The notes beneath the pieces are model-generated. The model did no database searches, had not been told where the DNA came from, and saw nothing but the letters and a program-made list of their open reading frames with translations. This document shows, one piece after another, positions 25,601 to 37,100 of a stretch of DNA of 64,000 nucleotides. Made by a program: the position numbers and the translations under genes. How positions within the stretch are numbered: the first letter of the stretch is position 1; each line of letters begins with the position of its first letter. The stretch comes from Nemertoderma westbladi (lineage: Eukaryota; Animalia; Xenacoelomorpha): positions 29,787 through 93,786 of the forward strand of contig JAUCBJ010000476.1 in the NCBI GenBank assembly GCA_032718475.1, written 5' to 3'.

Positions 25601-27682
25601 CGGGGCGACGGCAATCTCCCGAAGTTCGACCCCACTGACTCCCTAACTCCATCTCTACTATCGACGGCTCGCTATCCGTCCTCGCTCTCCGGTTGCTCCT
25701 AGCAACGACTCTTCTATTATCTTCACTTCTTCTCTCTTCGACCTCTCGGTTAAACTCTACTAATCTTCTTCTATCTTCGACCTCTCTATTAAACTCTACT
25801 AATCTTCTCTCTTCTGACTGGGCTCGACGTTCCGTCGCCCGCCCTCTCGCGACGTCAACCTGTCTCTCTCTGCTCGATCGCACGCCGCTGGGGATACTCG
25901 CAATCCCCCTATTACTCTCCATCGCCGGGTGTTGCGGTTTACCTAATTCGGCCCGCGCATTATCCGCCGACGCCTGTGGGACACTCTCTGCCCCCCCTCT
26001 CTCGCTACTAATCTCTCGCGGTGGGGCGCCCGTAGCCCCCCCCCCCCCCCCCCCCACCCGCCACTTCTAACTTCACTATCTCTTACTACACTTCTGCGTC
26101 CCTCTTGTCGGACATTTTCTACCCCCCTTCTCTCGCCACTAATCTTCCGTGATGGGGCGCCCGTAGCCCCCCCCCCCCCCCCCCCACTCGCCACATCTAA
26201 CTTCACTATCTCTTACTCCACTTCTACACCCCTCTCTAGTCGACACACTGTCTCTACTACGGCTGGCTCTATTCACCCCCGCCTCTCTCTCTACTACTGC
26301 GAGGCCTACCAGGCCCACCTCGGGTTGGCTCAACCCCGCTACCTCCTGCCTACCAACTACGTGGCCTACCAGGCCGCCGTTGGGTTGGCTCAACCCCGCC
26401 ACTTCCTGCCTACCAACTACGTGGCCTACCAGGCCGCCGTCTGCCGGGCTAAACACATCTGACGCGTTCACATTAATAGCACCATTCCCAATATTATTTG
26501 TTAAATCAATTAAATTATTAGAATTTGAAACGGGATTATTATTTAAATTATTTAAATTAGAATTGTTATTATTTTCAAAATTTAAATTGTTATTCGAATT
26601 ATTTGAATTATTCTGGATATTTGAATTAATATTATTACTTGAATTTAAATTTAAATTACTACTACCAGGTAAAACATTTCCTGTAATAAAGGATTAGGGT
26701 TATTTACTACGGTACTATTAATACTAACATTTCCTAACGTACTACTACTACCCCCCTCGCCCGTACGGCTACTGTACGTGTACCGCACGCTCTGTTCTCT
26801 TGTCTCACGCTCTTCGCGTTCACTCTCTTGCTCCTTCCCTCTCCCCATTATCCGGTCTAATTCTTTCACCCTTAATTTATATGCCAGATTTATCTTCCGC
26901 ATCCGTCTTTCTTTTGCGGAGGATGTAGCAGACTTATCGGTTGCGACGGACTCCCACCGCCCCTCCGTCCTACTAACTTTCCCCCGCCCTCCGGGGTTCT
27001 CGCTGACCGACGAGACCGAATCCTCGGAGCTAGCCTCGGATTCGCCCTCGTGCGGTCCCGCCCAACGCACCAACTTAACTTCCCTGGCATCGACTAAGTA
27101 TGGCCCTATGTACACTGCACCAGGCCCCATACCCCTACGTTCCCATAGCCCAAACAGTTCGATGGCAACCCCTCTCGCTCTCTCGCTGGCTAGTTCTCCC
27201 TGCCCAGAACGCACTAGGTAATCAAAGTATCTGTTCGACTCACCTAGTCGTCTCCTCAACTTTACCTGGTCTATCTCAGCCCCTCCTCTAGCTTCTTTCA
27301 GTTGTTCCCGGGTCGCGGCGTAGGCTCGTCGAAGTCGATCGGAAACCCCGACGTCCTCGTTGCCGACCTCTCCTCCATCTCTCCGGGTCCGACGTCGTAC
27401 CGGCGGCTCCACCGTTGCCGTTCCAGTGGGCCGTCCGTCGCCCTCGGCCTGTGGCTGGCCGGCGACATCGGTACGTCGACCCTCGCTCCGCGTCGACTCG
27501 TCTTTCTCCTTTTTGACTCCCGACTCGTCCTCTCGCTGTAGAAGGCCCCCTTCATCTTGGATCGCCGGATCTTTCGTCGACGGATCCGGCGTCGTGGGTT
27601 GATACCGTCTCGCCGTGGCCTCGCGGATCGTTAGATCGTCGTCCGGGGTCCGCGGCGGTATCGCTTCTCCTCCTCTACTCAT
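22640..27682 (-). CDS. BEL/Pao-like gag-protease polyprotein, split by 4 frameshifts (about 1,680 codons if joined)
   Basis: LPPVEPFKFDG..EEY..F...Y (DUF1759-like gag), Cys/His knuckles CQLH....HKTRSC and CHRC...GH...EC, protease LVDSGA, and PTAILTPFGWTLSGP. Upstream ORF pieces join across poly-G runs (26167, 26036, 25125) and at ~26690. Confidence 0.8.
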
Positions 27683-27755
27683 CTTGTCTTTGGTAGTTAT
27701 CAGCCACAGTTCGGCAGGCCTAGAGTTAGGACTGTAGGCCTTGGGTAGTCAAGAC

Positions 27756-28275
27756 TGTGACGGGATCCGAGAGGATCCCGGTTTATCCGGTGTTGTTTCG
27801 TACGCGTCAGCCGCACCGTGTGATAGAAAAGGAGTTTGTTGTTCCAGTATAGATATAATGTAGATATATAGATATGTAGGTATGATAACAGATAGCGCCA
27901 ATGAGTGATGACAGGTAATATGGGTGACGGCGGTGATGGTCTTGACTGTCACCGTACTACCTGACTGTACTGGGATAACTACTACAATGACGTGATGACA
28001 GGTAATATATACTGCACGGGTTGGCCTCATTGCATTACCCAGTCGATGCTCCCCCCCTGATTGGCTAATATCCTTGTTGGCACCCTTTGGAGTGTTCCCG
28101 TTCACTCCAGCTATTCTCTCTCTGTTAGGGGTTTGGCCCCTGACCCTTATTGTGTGTTTCTCCTTCCCATTTTGTTGGGGTGACACGAGTTATTGGTTAC
28201 CCAATCTCGTGGCCCCCAATATTGCTTAACGGTTGACTTTATGGGTTCGTGTTAGCGGAATTGGATAAGCTAACA
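27756..28275 (-). repeat. 5' LTR of BEL/Pao-like element
   Basis: tgtgacgggatcc...gctaaca; it interrupts the Gypsy pol just after RNase H. Confidence 0.88.
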
Positions 28276-31200
28276 TGCAGCGTGACCGCATGGATATAAG
28301 ACGCTATTTCTCCGTCATCGATGACATCATCATCAGTCGGGTCATCAACGGGAGCGCGGGACAACGCATCCAGAATCCAGTGTTCTTTACCTTTTTTCCA
28401 TTTAGTGGTAAATACAAAGGGACTGAGTTTCGCCTTTAATGGTTGAAGGCGGGCATTGTCCGTGTCGTCTATTGTGTATCTATTAAGTATAGTTACTAAG
28501 GGCTGGTGGTCCACAATCAGGGTGAAGTGGGGAAGGCCGAGGAGGTAGAGGTGGCATTTTTTTGTGGCCCAGGCGATGGCGAGTAGTTCCAGTTCCACCA
28601 TCGCGTACCAAGATTCTGTGTCGGTTATAAATCTGGAGCCACACTCCACTAACTTCCAGGTTTCCTCGTGCAGCTGTAATAATGCATACCCCAGGCCATT
28701 CTTCCGGGAGGCGTCGGTTTGGAGTGAAGTTACGCGTTCTGGTTCGAATGGGGCGAGCACGGGTGGAGAAATCAGTGCTCGTTTCGTGTTCTCGAATGGG
28801 TCCTCATGATCGCTGTTCCATAGGAACTCATTAGTCGACCTGAGCAAAGGACGTAGAGGCGTCATAACGGTAGAGATTTCCATCGAGAAGGAGGCTAGTT
28901 GCTCTACTAGTCCCACGAAACTCCGTAGGTCCCTTATATTAGTGGGACATGGGAAGTCAGCGATGGCATGGACCTTCGCCGGGTCGGCCCGTATTCCGTC
29001 GGCGCCGATTATGTATCCAGCACATTTCACCTCCCGCAAGGCAAACTGCACTTTATCGGGGTGCAGGGAAATACCCGTCTCCCGGCATCGGAGAAGGAAA
29101 CGGCGTATACTGGCGAGGTGGGCGTCGATCGTATCATCGAAGAGGAGGACATCGTCGACCAGTTTGAGGAGGTTAGGAAGGTCATGAAGGGCATCGTCGC
29201 CCCGTCAATTATATTCTTCCCCACTTGATATTAAACCCATTACACTTCGAAGATGTTTGTACCTCCCCCAGGGGGTTATAAATGTGGTTAGAAGTTGGGT
29301 TTTTTCCTCGAGCGGTATCTGCCAGTACCCCGATGCGGCATCAAAAACCGAAAAGTACTTTGCAGTTGTCGACACACCGGAAACTACTACCCTGGGACTA
29401 GGGGTGGGGTAGTAGGGTCGTTTGACCTGGCTGTTTAAGTGATGTAAATCTACGCAGAGTCGTAATTTACCATTTGGTTTATGGACAACAGTCATCGGGT
29501 GGGCCCAATCGGTGGGCTCTGTAACCCATTCGATGATCTGTCGGCACTCCATATCCCCGAGGAGCGACTGAACTTCATCTTGCAATGCAAACGGAATTGG
29601 TCGACAACCATTGGCATGGAAGGGTGCCGCGTCATCCTTAAATTCCACCGTCATAGGGTCCCCCACCATGGTTGTAAGGGGTGTCGAATTATTATCGAAA
29701 ACATCTGCGAATTGGGCAAGGATCTCATCGCGAGAACGAGAGATAGTTGTCCCGGGGTCGGGGGCCGTTGCGGAGTTTATCCGACGTTGAAGGAAATCCG
29801 GAGGGAGTATATCTAGTCCCTTGAGAGCAGCGAGGTTTAATATAAGGCCATCCACCTCCGGGGAGACTACGATTTTTGCCAATGTTGAACCTCCATCGTA
29901 ATCGATCCGAGCACGGAATAAGCCGTCGACATCGATCGGGAGGTGGTTGGTGGCCCGGAGGTCGGCTGTCGGGTATGGGGTTAAGTCGTCCAGTCGACCA
30001 CCCATTGCTGCGTATTCGTCGTATCCCAACATAGTTGCAGCAGCGCCGCCGTCTGGGAGTACGCGGCCCCGAACTGTTCCGAAAATTCTACCGGGTTGAA
30101 AGTCTGTGCGTCGGATATCAACAGTTATGTAAGGAAGAGGACAGGTAGCGTCCTGTTCGTTGCGAATAGAGTTTATTCTGCTGGGTGGGAGGATGGTGGA
30201 GACTCTGTCCGACTCTCTGTGATCTGGTTTGTCGCTGCCTTTTGTAGAACGACAGACTGCAGCGAAATGTCCAGTTGCCTGACATTTATCGCATATATTA
30301 TTACTCGCAGGACAGGTCGCCCGCGATGCAGCGTGTTGTCGGCCGCAGAATTTACAGTTGCGCTCCAAGCTGGGTGCGGGAGAGTGAGAGTTTTTGTTGG
30401 ATTTTCTGTAACGGTAAGTGGAGCGGCCGTGTGGTCGACGCGTAGATTTAATCGCTGTCACCGGGGCGCCGCGCCCTATTATTGAGTCGTTCTTCTCTCC
30501 AACCTCCATTGATTGACACATCTGAACGCATTCGGCCAGTGTTGGTTGCGGAAGCTTTTTTAGTAGTTCCGTTCGTGTCTCTGACGAACGTATCCCAACC
30601 AAGATTTGTGTGACGATCTGCTCGTCCCAACAGTCTGTACATAGTTCTGCATCATCCGCCAAGAATTCCAGTGCGACGTGGAAGTTATCGAAAGATTCCG
30701 TTGGGCCCTGTTTGTGATCGTGGAAGCGAATACGATCGATCGCAACACTTCGTTTAGATCGAAGGTGGGCCTGTAATGTGTCCATGACATAGTCCGTTGT
30801 GGTGTCATCTCCATCGAGGTCTACGTGCAGAGTTACCTTGAGAGTCTGTTGTAGATTGCGTCCCAAAGCAGAAGCAAGGGCATAAACTTGTTCACTGCAG
30901 GTGAAAGAGTGAGTCTGTTGTCGCTGACAGTGGATCTTCCAGGCTTCCCGCCAACGACGAAATGCAGAGAATTCTATATCTCCGTCTATCTTTTCCACGT
31001 CCTTTATATCTAGGACGCGACGCCGAGGTTGGGGGTTATCCACGAGGTCGAGTCGTTCAGCGGCGGCATAGGCGGGGGCTGTCAGTACGCCATGCTGCGG
31101 TTGTAAGTCACCCGCTGAGTCATCATCTGTGTTAGCTGGTTGAACCGCTGGTCAGCGCGCACGTCAGATTCTGCGCGCTGTTGGTCTGCCGCCAGTTGCT

Positions 31201-31736
31201 GTCTTAAGAGTTGGCGTCGGAGGTTATCGATCTCGAGTTTGTATTCCAATTCTCCGGTACCGATAGCGGGTTCAGTGGGCTCGGACATCCAGTCTGCGTC
31301 GTCGCCTGTGTTGTCCCCGCTGACCGATTGTGTGGGTTCACCCTGATGAGACATTGTGAGTTTTCGCGATCAGTAAACCTGTAGATTGCTGTATAGACGT
31401 TTAACATACATACTGCGCCATGTTGTGAGATGATAAGGTGGGGAAATATCAAGGTGTATTTCGTACCACTACGCTCAGATTAAGTTTATTTTATGATAAC
31501 AAGATAATTAATAATAACGTAGGTTGTTAGACGTCAGTATCAGTATGGTAATACTGGTACTATGAGTAATAATAAAAAATAGGAAAATATAAGTAATATG
31601 GTACTGACATGCAGCAGTACAGCAGAAAAGTGTTAATACCGCGGTACAGCAGAAATGTTACCGAATATGAAAGTATGTTAATGAGATAGATAGTCTATAG
31701 GCTACGTGTATGGCAATTAGTAATGATATCATCACA
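28276..31736 (-). mobile_element. Ty3/Gypsy (Mag-like) LTR retrotransposon, degenerate, integrase and 3' LTR missing
   Basis: Gag with CKFCGRQH and CDKCQATGHFAAVC knuckles; protease LPDGGA; RT KPNGKLRLCVD, FDAASGYWQIPL, TTFITPWGRY and VDDVL; RNase H TDAS..GLG and VELELLAI. Several frameshifts. Confidence 0.93.
31421..31736 (-). repeat. 5' LTR of the Gypsy element with PBS (TGGCGCAG on minus, 31413-31420)
   Basis: tgttgtgagatgat...atcatcaca termini; a TGG-starting PBS directly follows on the minus strand. Confidence 0.8.
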
Positions 31737-31999
31737 TACAGTATATAGTAAAATGTCACCTTTCGCTTTCACGTCTGTATATCAATGACATGCAGATAAT
31801 ATCACCAGTAGTTCTATGGGTGATTTACGATATTTCAACCTTACAATTTGCTTACTTAGTTGTGTTACTGTTACTAAATTGCCTCAAATTAGGGCTTATG
31901 GCTCTCTTATCTCACTCTCTGAACTTGGTTGATTACAAGCATTTGCAAGCTGCCTGTTTTGTTTAACATTTATTTCACAATAAATATTTTATTTTCCAG

Positions 32000-32194
32000 A
32001 GATTTTCTTATCTAATTTCCCCTGAAAGGGAACACGAGATGATATGTAAACATGGCTATGTGCGTCAGTATCAATTAAGTCACTGGACGGCGCTAGGGGG
32101 TCAGCCAATGAAACACGTTCACATAACAACCCAAGACCAACCTCTTATAGTGAGCAGTAGTTATCCGCATACTACAGAAGCACTACCTTCCTAA
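32000..32194 (+). pseudogene. Orphan duplicate of the SLC6 terminal exon
   Basis: ttccag acceptor followed by [29 protein letters not shown]...LPS*. The upstream exons are replaced by the Gypsy LTR. Confidence 0.8.
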
Positions 32195-32217
32195 CTAACT
32201 ATTACTTTAAGTAGTAG

Positions 32218-33425
32218 TTGATAAACATTTAATCATTTAATGATAAATATTTAAACATTTAATGATAAACATATGTAAACATTTAACGATAAACATTTAA
32301 TGATAAACATTTAAATATTTAATGATAAACATGTAAACATTTAATGATAAACATGTAAACATTTAATGATAAACATATGTAAACATTTAACGGTAAACAT
32401 TTAATGATAAACATGTAAACATTTAATGATAAACATATATAAACATTTAACGATAAACATTTAATGATAAACATTTAAACATTGAATGATAAACATTTAA
32501 CGATAAACATTTACATATTTAACGATAAATATTTACACTTTTAACGATGAACATTAATCGATAAACATTTACCGATAAATATTTACCGATAAACATTTAA
32601 CGATAAACATTTAACGATAAACATTTAACGATAAACATTTAACGATAAACATTTAAACATTTAACGATAAACATTTATCAATAAACATTTAACGATAAAC
32701 ATTTAAACATTTAACAATAAACATTTAAACATTTAACGATAAACATTTAAACATTTAACAATAAACATTTAAACATTTATCAATAAACATTTAAACAGTT
32801 AGCCATAAACATTTAAACATTTAACGATAAACATTATATTTAACGATAAACATTTAAACATTTAACGATAAAGATTTAAATATTTAACAATAAACATTTA
32901 AACATTTAACGATAAACATTTAACGATATACATTTAAACATTTAACAATAAACATTTAACGGTAAACATTTAAACATTTCAACATTTAACGATAAACATT
33001 TAACGATAAACATTTCAACATTTAACAATAAACATTTCAACATTTAACGATAAACATTTCATCATTTAACGATAAACATTTAACGAAAAACATGTGAACA
33101 TTTAATTATAAACATTTAAACATTGAACGATAAACATTTAAACATTTAATGATAAACATTTAAATATTTAACGATAAACATTTCAACATTTAACGATAAA
33201 CATTTAAACATTTAATGATAAACATTTAAACATTTAACGATAAACATTTAATTTATCGATATATAAACATTCAAACATTTAGCGATAAACATTTAATTTA
33301 TCGATATAAAAGCATCCAAACCTTTATCGATAAACATTTAACGATAAACATTCAAACATTTAATGATAAACATTTAAACATTTAACGATAAACATTTAAA
33401 CATTTAACGATGATAAACATTTAAA
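32218..33425. repeat. AT-rich satellite (aaacatttaacgat-type), inverted copy of 5345-7045
   Basis: Tandem degenerate units. Confidence 0.95.
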
Positions 33426-33553
33426 AATTTAATTAATGAATTGGAGAATCATTTAAGCTCGTTAAGCCAAGGAATGCCAGTTCACCACCATGGGTGATCT
33501 TCCACAGTAAACCCTTCCACCTTGTTTTCCAAGGTACCTTGGTTCCCATTTAT

Positions 33554-33909
33554 GAATTTAATTTAATTACGCCTGGTATGGCACAGTAAAATATATATAA
33601 ACAATAAAACAATATATAATTGAAATTCAAATTCATAATATAAATAAATTAATTCATTAAAATGGTATGTGTCTAGCATATTATTCAGTCGGAGGCGGCC
33701 CACACTCTGATTGGCTGGGCGTTGTGTGGGCAGTTTAGTAGGTGGTACAAGGGGGCAACGTTATCACAAAGATTACAGCGGCACGAGGCACAAGGGGAGT
33801 GAAAGCCCTGAGTTTTGCAGATTTTATGGTGAAAACCGTGTATAGACACTCTCGTAGTTACGTGACGCAATTTATTCATAGCAACGGTCCACCCTCGCGA
33901 CTGTATAAA
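33554..33909 (-). mobile_element. Short 5'-truncated retroposon fragment specific to the right arm
   Basis: 14-bp TSD tggttcccatttat at 33540-33553 and 33910-33923. Encodes a Cys/His C-terminus (CNLCDNVAPLYHLLNC). Absent from the left arm. Confidence 0.75.
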
Positions 33910-35912
33910 TGGTTCCCATTTATCGACCAGTTAAGGATGAAAGCCAAGGATGAGCTAGGCTGCATCATTTTATCATTTAACTATGAACATTGAGACATTT
34001 AATGATAAGCATTTAAACATCTAACAATAACCATTTAACATTTAATGATTTTATCGATAAAATTTAAAGATTTAACGATAAATAAACATTTAACGATAAT
34101 GATTTAAAGATTTAACGATAATGATTTAAAGATTTAACGATAAACATATAAAGATTTTATTAATAAAATAATTATAAAATATTGCAGGATGCAATAACTG
34201 AACTGAATATGATATTTGCATGATAATTATGAATAATTATGTAGGGGTTACTAAATAATACTTCATAAATATAAATATATAAATAATTTATAATATTATA
34301 TATTTAAGTTTTACATATTTAGCCAATTTCGGCAATTTGTATATTTATTGATGGACACCAAATAATGTTTCTATTACTATGTTACTAATATATTTAAATA
34401 AATTATTCAATTGCTATGAAGTTAAAATAATAATAATGGTTAATAATAGTATTGTGTTTTCTAATTGGGTCTGAAAATTATTTACAAATATTATATCTGA
34501 TCATGTAGAATTATTTATGGATCACTCTTCTAGGGTAGAAGAAGAATTAGTTACACAGTAGGCCTATACAAGAAACAAAACTGCAGTATACTGTAGTACT
34601 ACTGTACGTGTGGCAATCGAACAGAAGTCCTTTTTGAGATCTTCATTCAGATAGTAGATACTTTCCGAGCCCAAGAACTATTTCTATTTGAATGAATTGA
34701 AAATATACCTATGCCAGCCAGACCGCGCTATAATGTAAGATTCTGGAAGGAATAACAACCAATAATTGCATTGTATAATCTAGAAAACAAAAGATTTTCT
34801 AGACGAACTCTTTCTGGGAACGGATCCGTATCGTACACCCTTTTGTAATAATTTTTATTGATAATTAACTGAGTTAAATATAGATATATATAAATGAATG
34901 GGCCGTTGCACGATATGAATAGGAGGTACCCCATTTTAATTAATTTTTAAACAATAAACTATTGTATGTATTTTTGTATTTTTTATTGCGTCCAGTTTTC
35001 CCCCCTATCTGCAACAACCGCAACCATTGTTCCAAAATACATCGTATGGTGTTATTTTATTTAATTACACCTAAAATCAATAACAATATTCCAAATTAGA
35101 ATATGTTTTAATTGATTTTTGTCTTATTTACTCTTGAAATTTATCATCTGACATGGCCCAATGGTGCAAGATTAATTCGCAATTATATATGCGGTCGCAA
35201 TTATGGAAGATTTGCGGTTCAATTTATTGAGACGTTGTTAATGATGTTTTCTTTTCTAGAACTTACTTATTATGATGTTCTTATTTAATATACTGACAAG
35301 TGTTCTCACATTAATTATTTTAGCTAATGAGAAACGGATATTTGTGCACATTGACCGCAATTGAAAAAACCTCTCCAGCGCAGATTGGTCGCACATGAAA
35401 TATAGTTGTTTATTGTTTTGGCTAGAACATACCATATTATATAATAAATAAAGATAAAATGCAAAAAAATATATTAAAAATTTCTTAAAAATGGCCTACT
35501 CATAGAAATGCCAAATATTGTCGATATTATTAATATTACCACTTGTTTGTTTATTAATTGTTTTGAAGACAACAACAAGCTGAATATATTCCAGTGGGAA
35601 TGGTACAAAACGCTTTTTTAAGCGCTTGTAGCTAATGATTGAAGGCGTAGAATATGACTCAACAAATAACTAATCGGTAGGTCAAATGTTTAAAAACGTT
35701 ACCAAATTAAAAGATGATCTGTAACTTTTTTGGTATTAAATAATAGCTTACATATTTCTAAAACACTAAAAATAACAAACATTAGCTATAATAATAAATC
35801 ATAAGGAGATAATATAAGGTAACCCAGAAGAAGAACGAATGTTTTTAGCGACCGGTTATTCGGCGATGGAATAATTAGATATATTAATTATTACAGTGGA
35901 ATTTCATAAAAA

Positions 35913-37100
35913 ATGTCACAAAAGACTGTAGAATGTAAATACCTATTTTCATCATCAATCAATGAATACTTGTTAAAGAACCCAATATCGAAGTTTCTGA
36001 TTGTCGCCGGTATATATCGCATTGTATTATGCTGTATATCAATAGCATCCGTTGTTATATGCTTTGCAATATATACAATATCATATTCATTGAATAGGAC
36101 AAAGGATTTCATTTTTAAGAACGTTTGTTTGACTTACTTATTTTACTTAAGTTTCACAATTATTGAAGATGTGGTATTGCTAGTCACCCAAGATGTCAAT
36201 GACAGATATAATATATGTCTCTTCACTCGCATCCTACAGGAATATGCTGAACTTTCCTGCTACATGTGGTTGTCGGTTTATGGAATTCACATAGTCAGAA
36301 AGGCCTTTACTGTAGCGAATCCGGACAGAATTTATGAAGAGCAAGTGAAACCCAAATGTTATTTTATAATAGGATGGATACTTCCAATTCCCGTTATTGT
36401 GGAAATAATTATACTCATCGCGTTTGAAATTGGCAACCAACAGTGTATTCCGCGGTACACAACGAAACACTACGCGTTCATGGCCGTATTAAAAGGAGCT
36501 AAATTTGCGGTTCTTTTAGTCAACTTGTTTTGGTGTGCATTGATTGTCATGTCATCCGCGTACACAAATTGGAATGAAAGATGTTGCAGACAACTCTGGC
36601 GTAGCGCCAAGATACTTTACCTGCTTCCGGTATTGGGTGTACATAATATTATATTTATTAATGGCTATGAAGTTTCCACATCTTCTTATATTGCAGAAAA
36701 TGCCATTTTATATATAAAATATTCACTACAAGGATTGCAAGCTTTACTGTTCACATCCATCATGTGTTTCAGTGATTCTAATGTGTTTAAGGAACTTTCA
36801 AGATGTTGTAATTGCCGGCAGTTGCAACTACGACGAATTTACAGAGAGCATACATTACGCGGGCAAACCCGAACAGTGCCGGCGACGGAAGGTGACAACA
36901 ATGAACGTAGTAATGATGCCGCCGTAGATGATTGTGCAACGAATTCAGGAAACATGAATATTGAAGCGTTAGAGGCAACCTACATGGATCCAGGGGATGT
37001 TATCCCGAGGGCCAGGGTATCTTCGGGGCTGCTTACAATCCCACCGAATGCCGGACCAGAAGCCCAATATGCTGAGTTGCATTCCTTGTCAAAGAAATAA
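35913..37100 (+). CDS. Class B-like GPCR without N-terminal ECD (copy 2)
   Basis: 395 aa, about 11 substitutions relative to copy 1, ORF intact. A probable short 5'-UTR intron (ag|gtaacc ~35819 to ttacag 35896). Confidence 0.8.
   Translation: MSQKTVECKYLFSSSINEYLLKNPISKFLIVAGIYRIVLCCISIASVVICFAIYTISYSLNRTKDFIFKNVCLTYLFYLSFTIIEDVVLLVTQDVNDRYNICLFTRILQEYAELSCYMWLSVYGIHIVRKAFTVANPDRIYEEQVKPKCYFIIGWILPIPVIVEIIILIAFEIGNQQCIPRYTTKHYAFMAVLKGAKFAVLLVNLFWCALIVMSSAYTNWNERCCRQLWRSAKILYLLPVLGVHNIIFINGYEVSTSSYIAENAILYIKYSLQGLQALLFTSIMCFSDSNVFKELSRCCNCRQLQLRRIYREHTLRGQTRTVPATEGDNNERSNDAAVDDCATNSGNMNIEALEATYMDPGDVIPRARVSSGLLTIPPNAGPEAQYAELHSLSKK

Larger units (their letters stand above)
20737..28275 (-). 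mobile_element. Non-autonomous BEL/Pao-type LTR retroelement (gag-protease only)
   Basis: Two related LTRs, a PPT and a gag/protease ORF. No RT, RNase H or integrase motifs are visible. Confidence 0.85.

Noticed and set aside
22582-31452. Numerous plus-strand and alternate-frame ORFs over the LTR elements
   Set aside because: Antisense shadows of GC-rich gag/pol coding sequence with no recognisable motifs.
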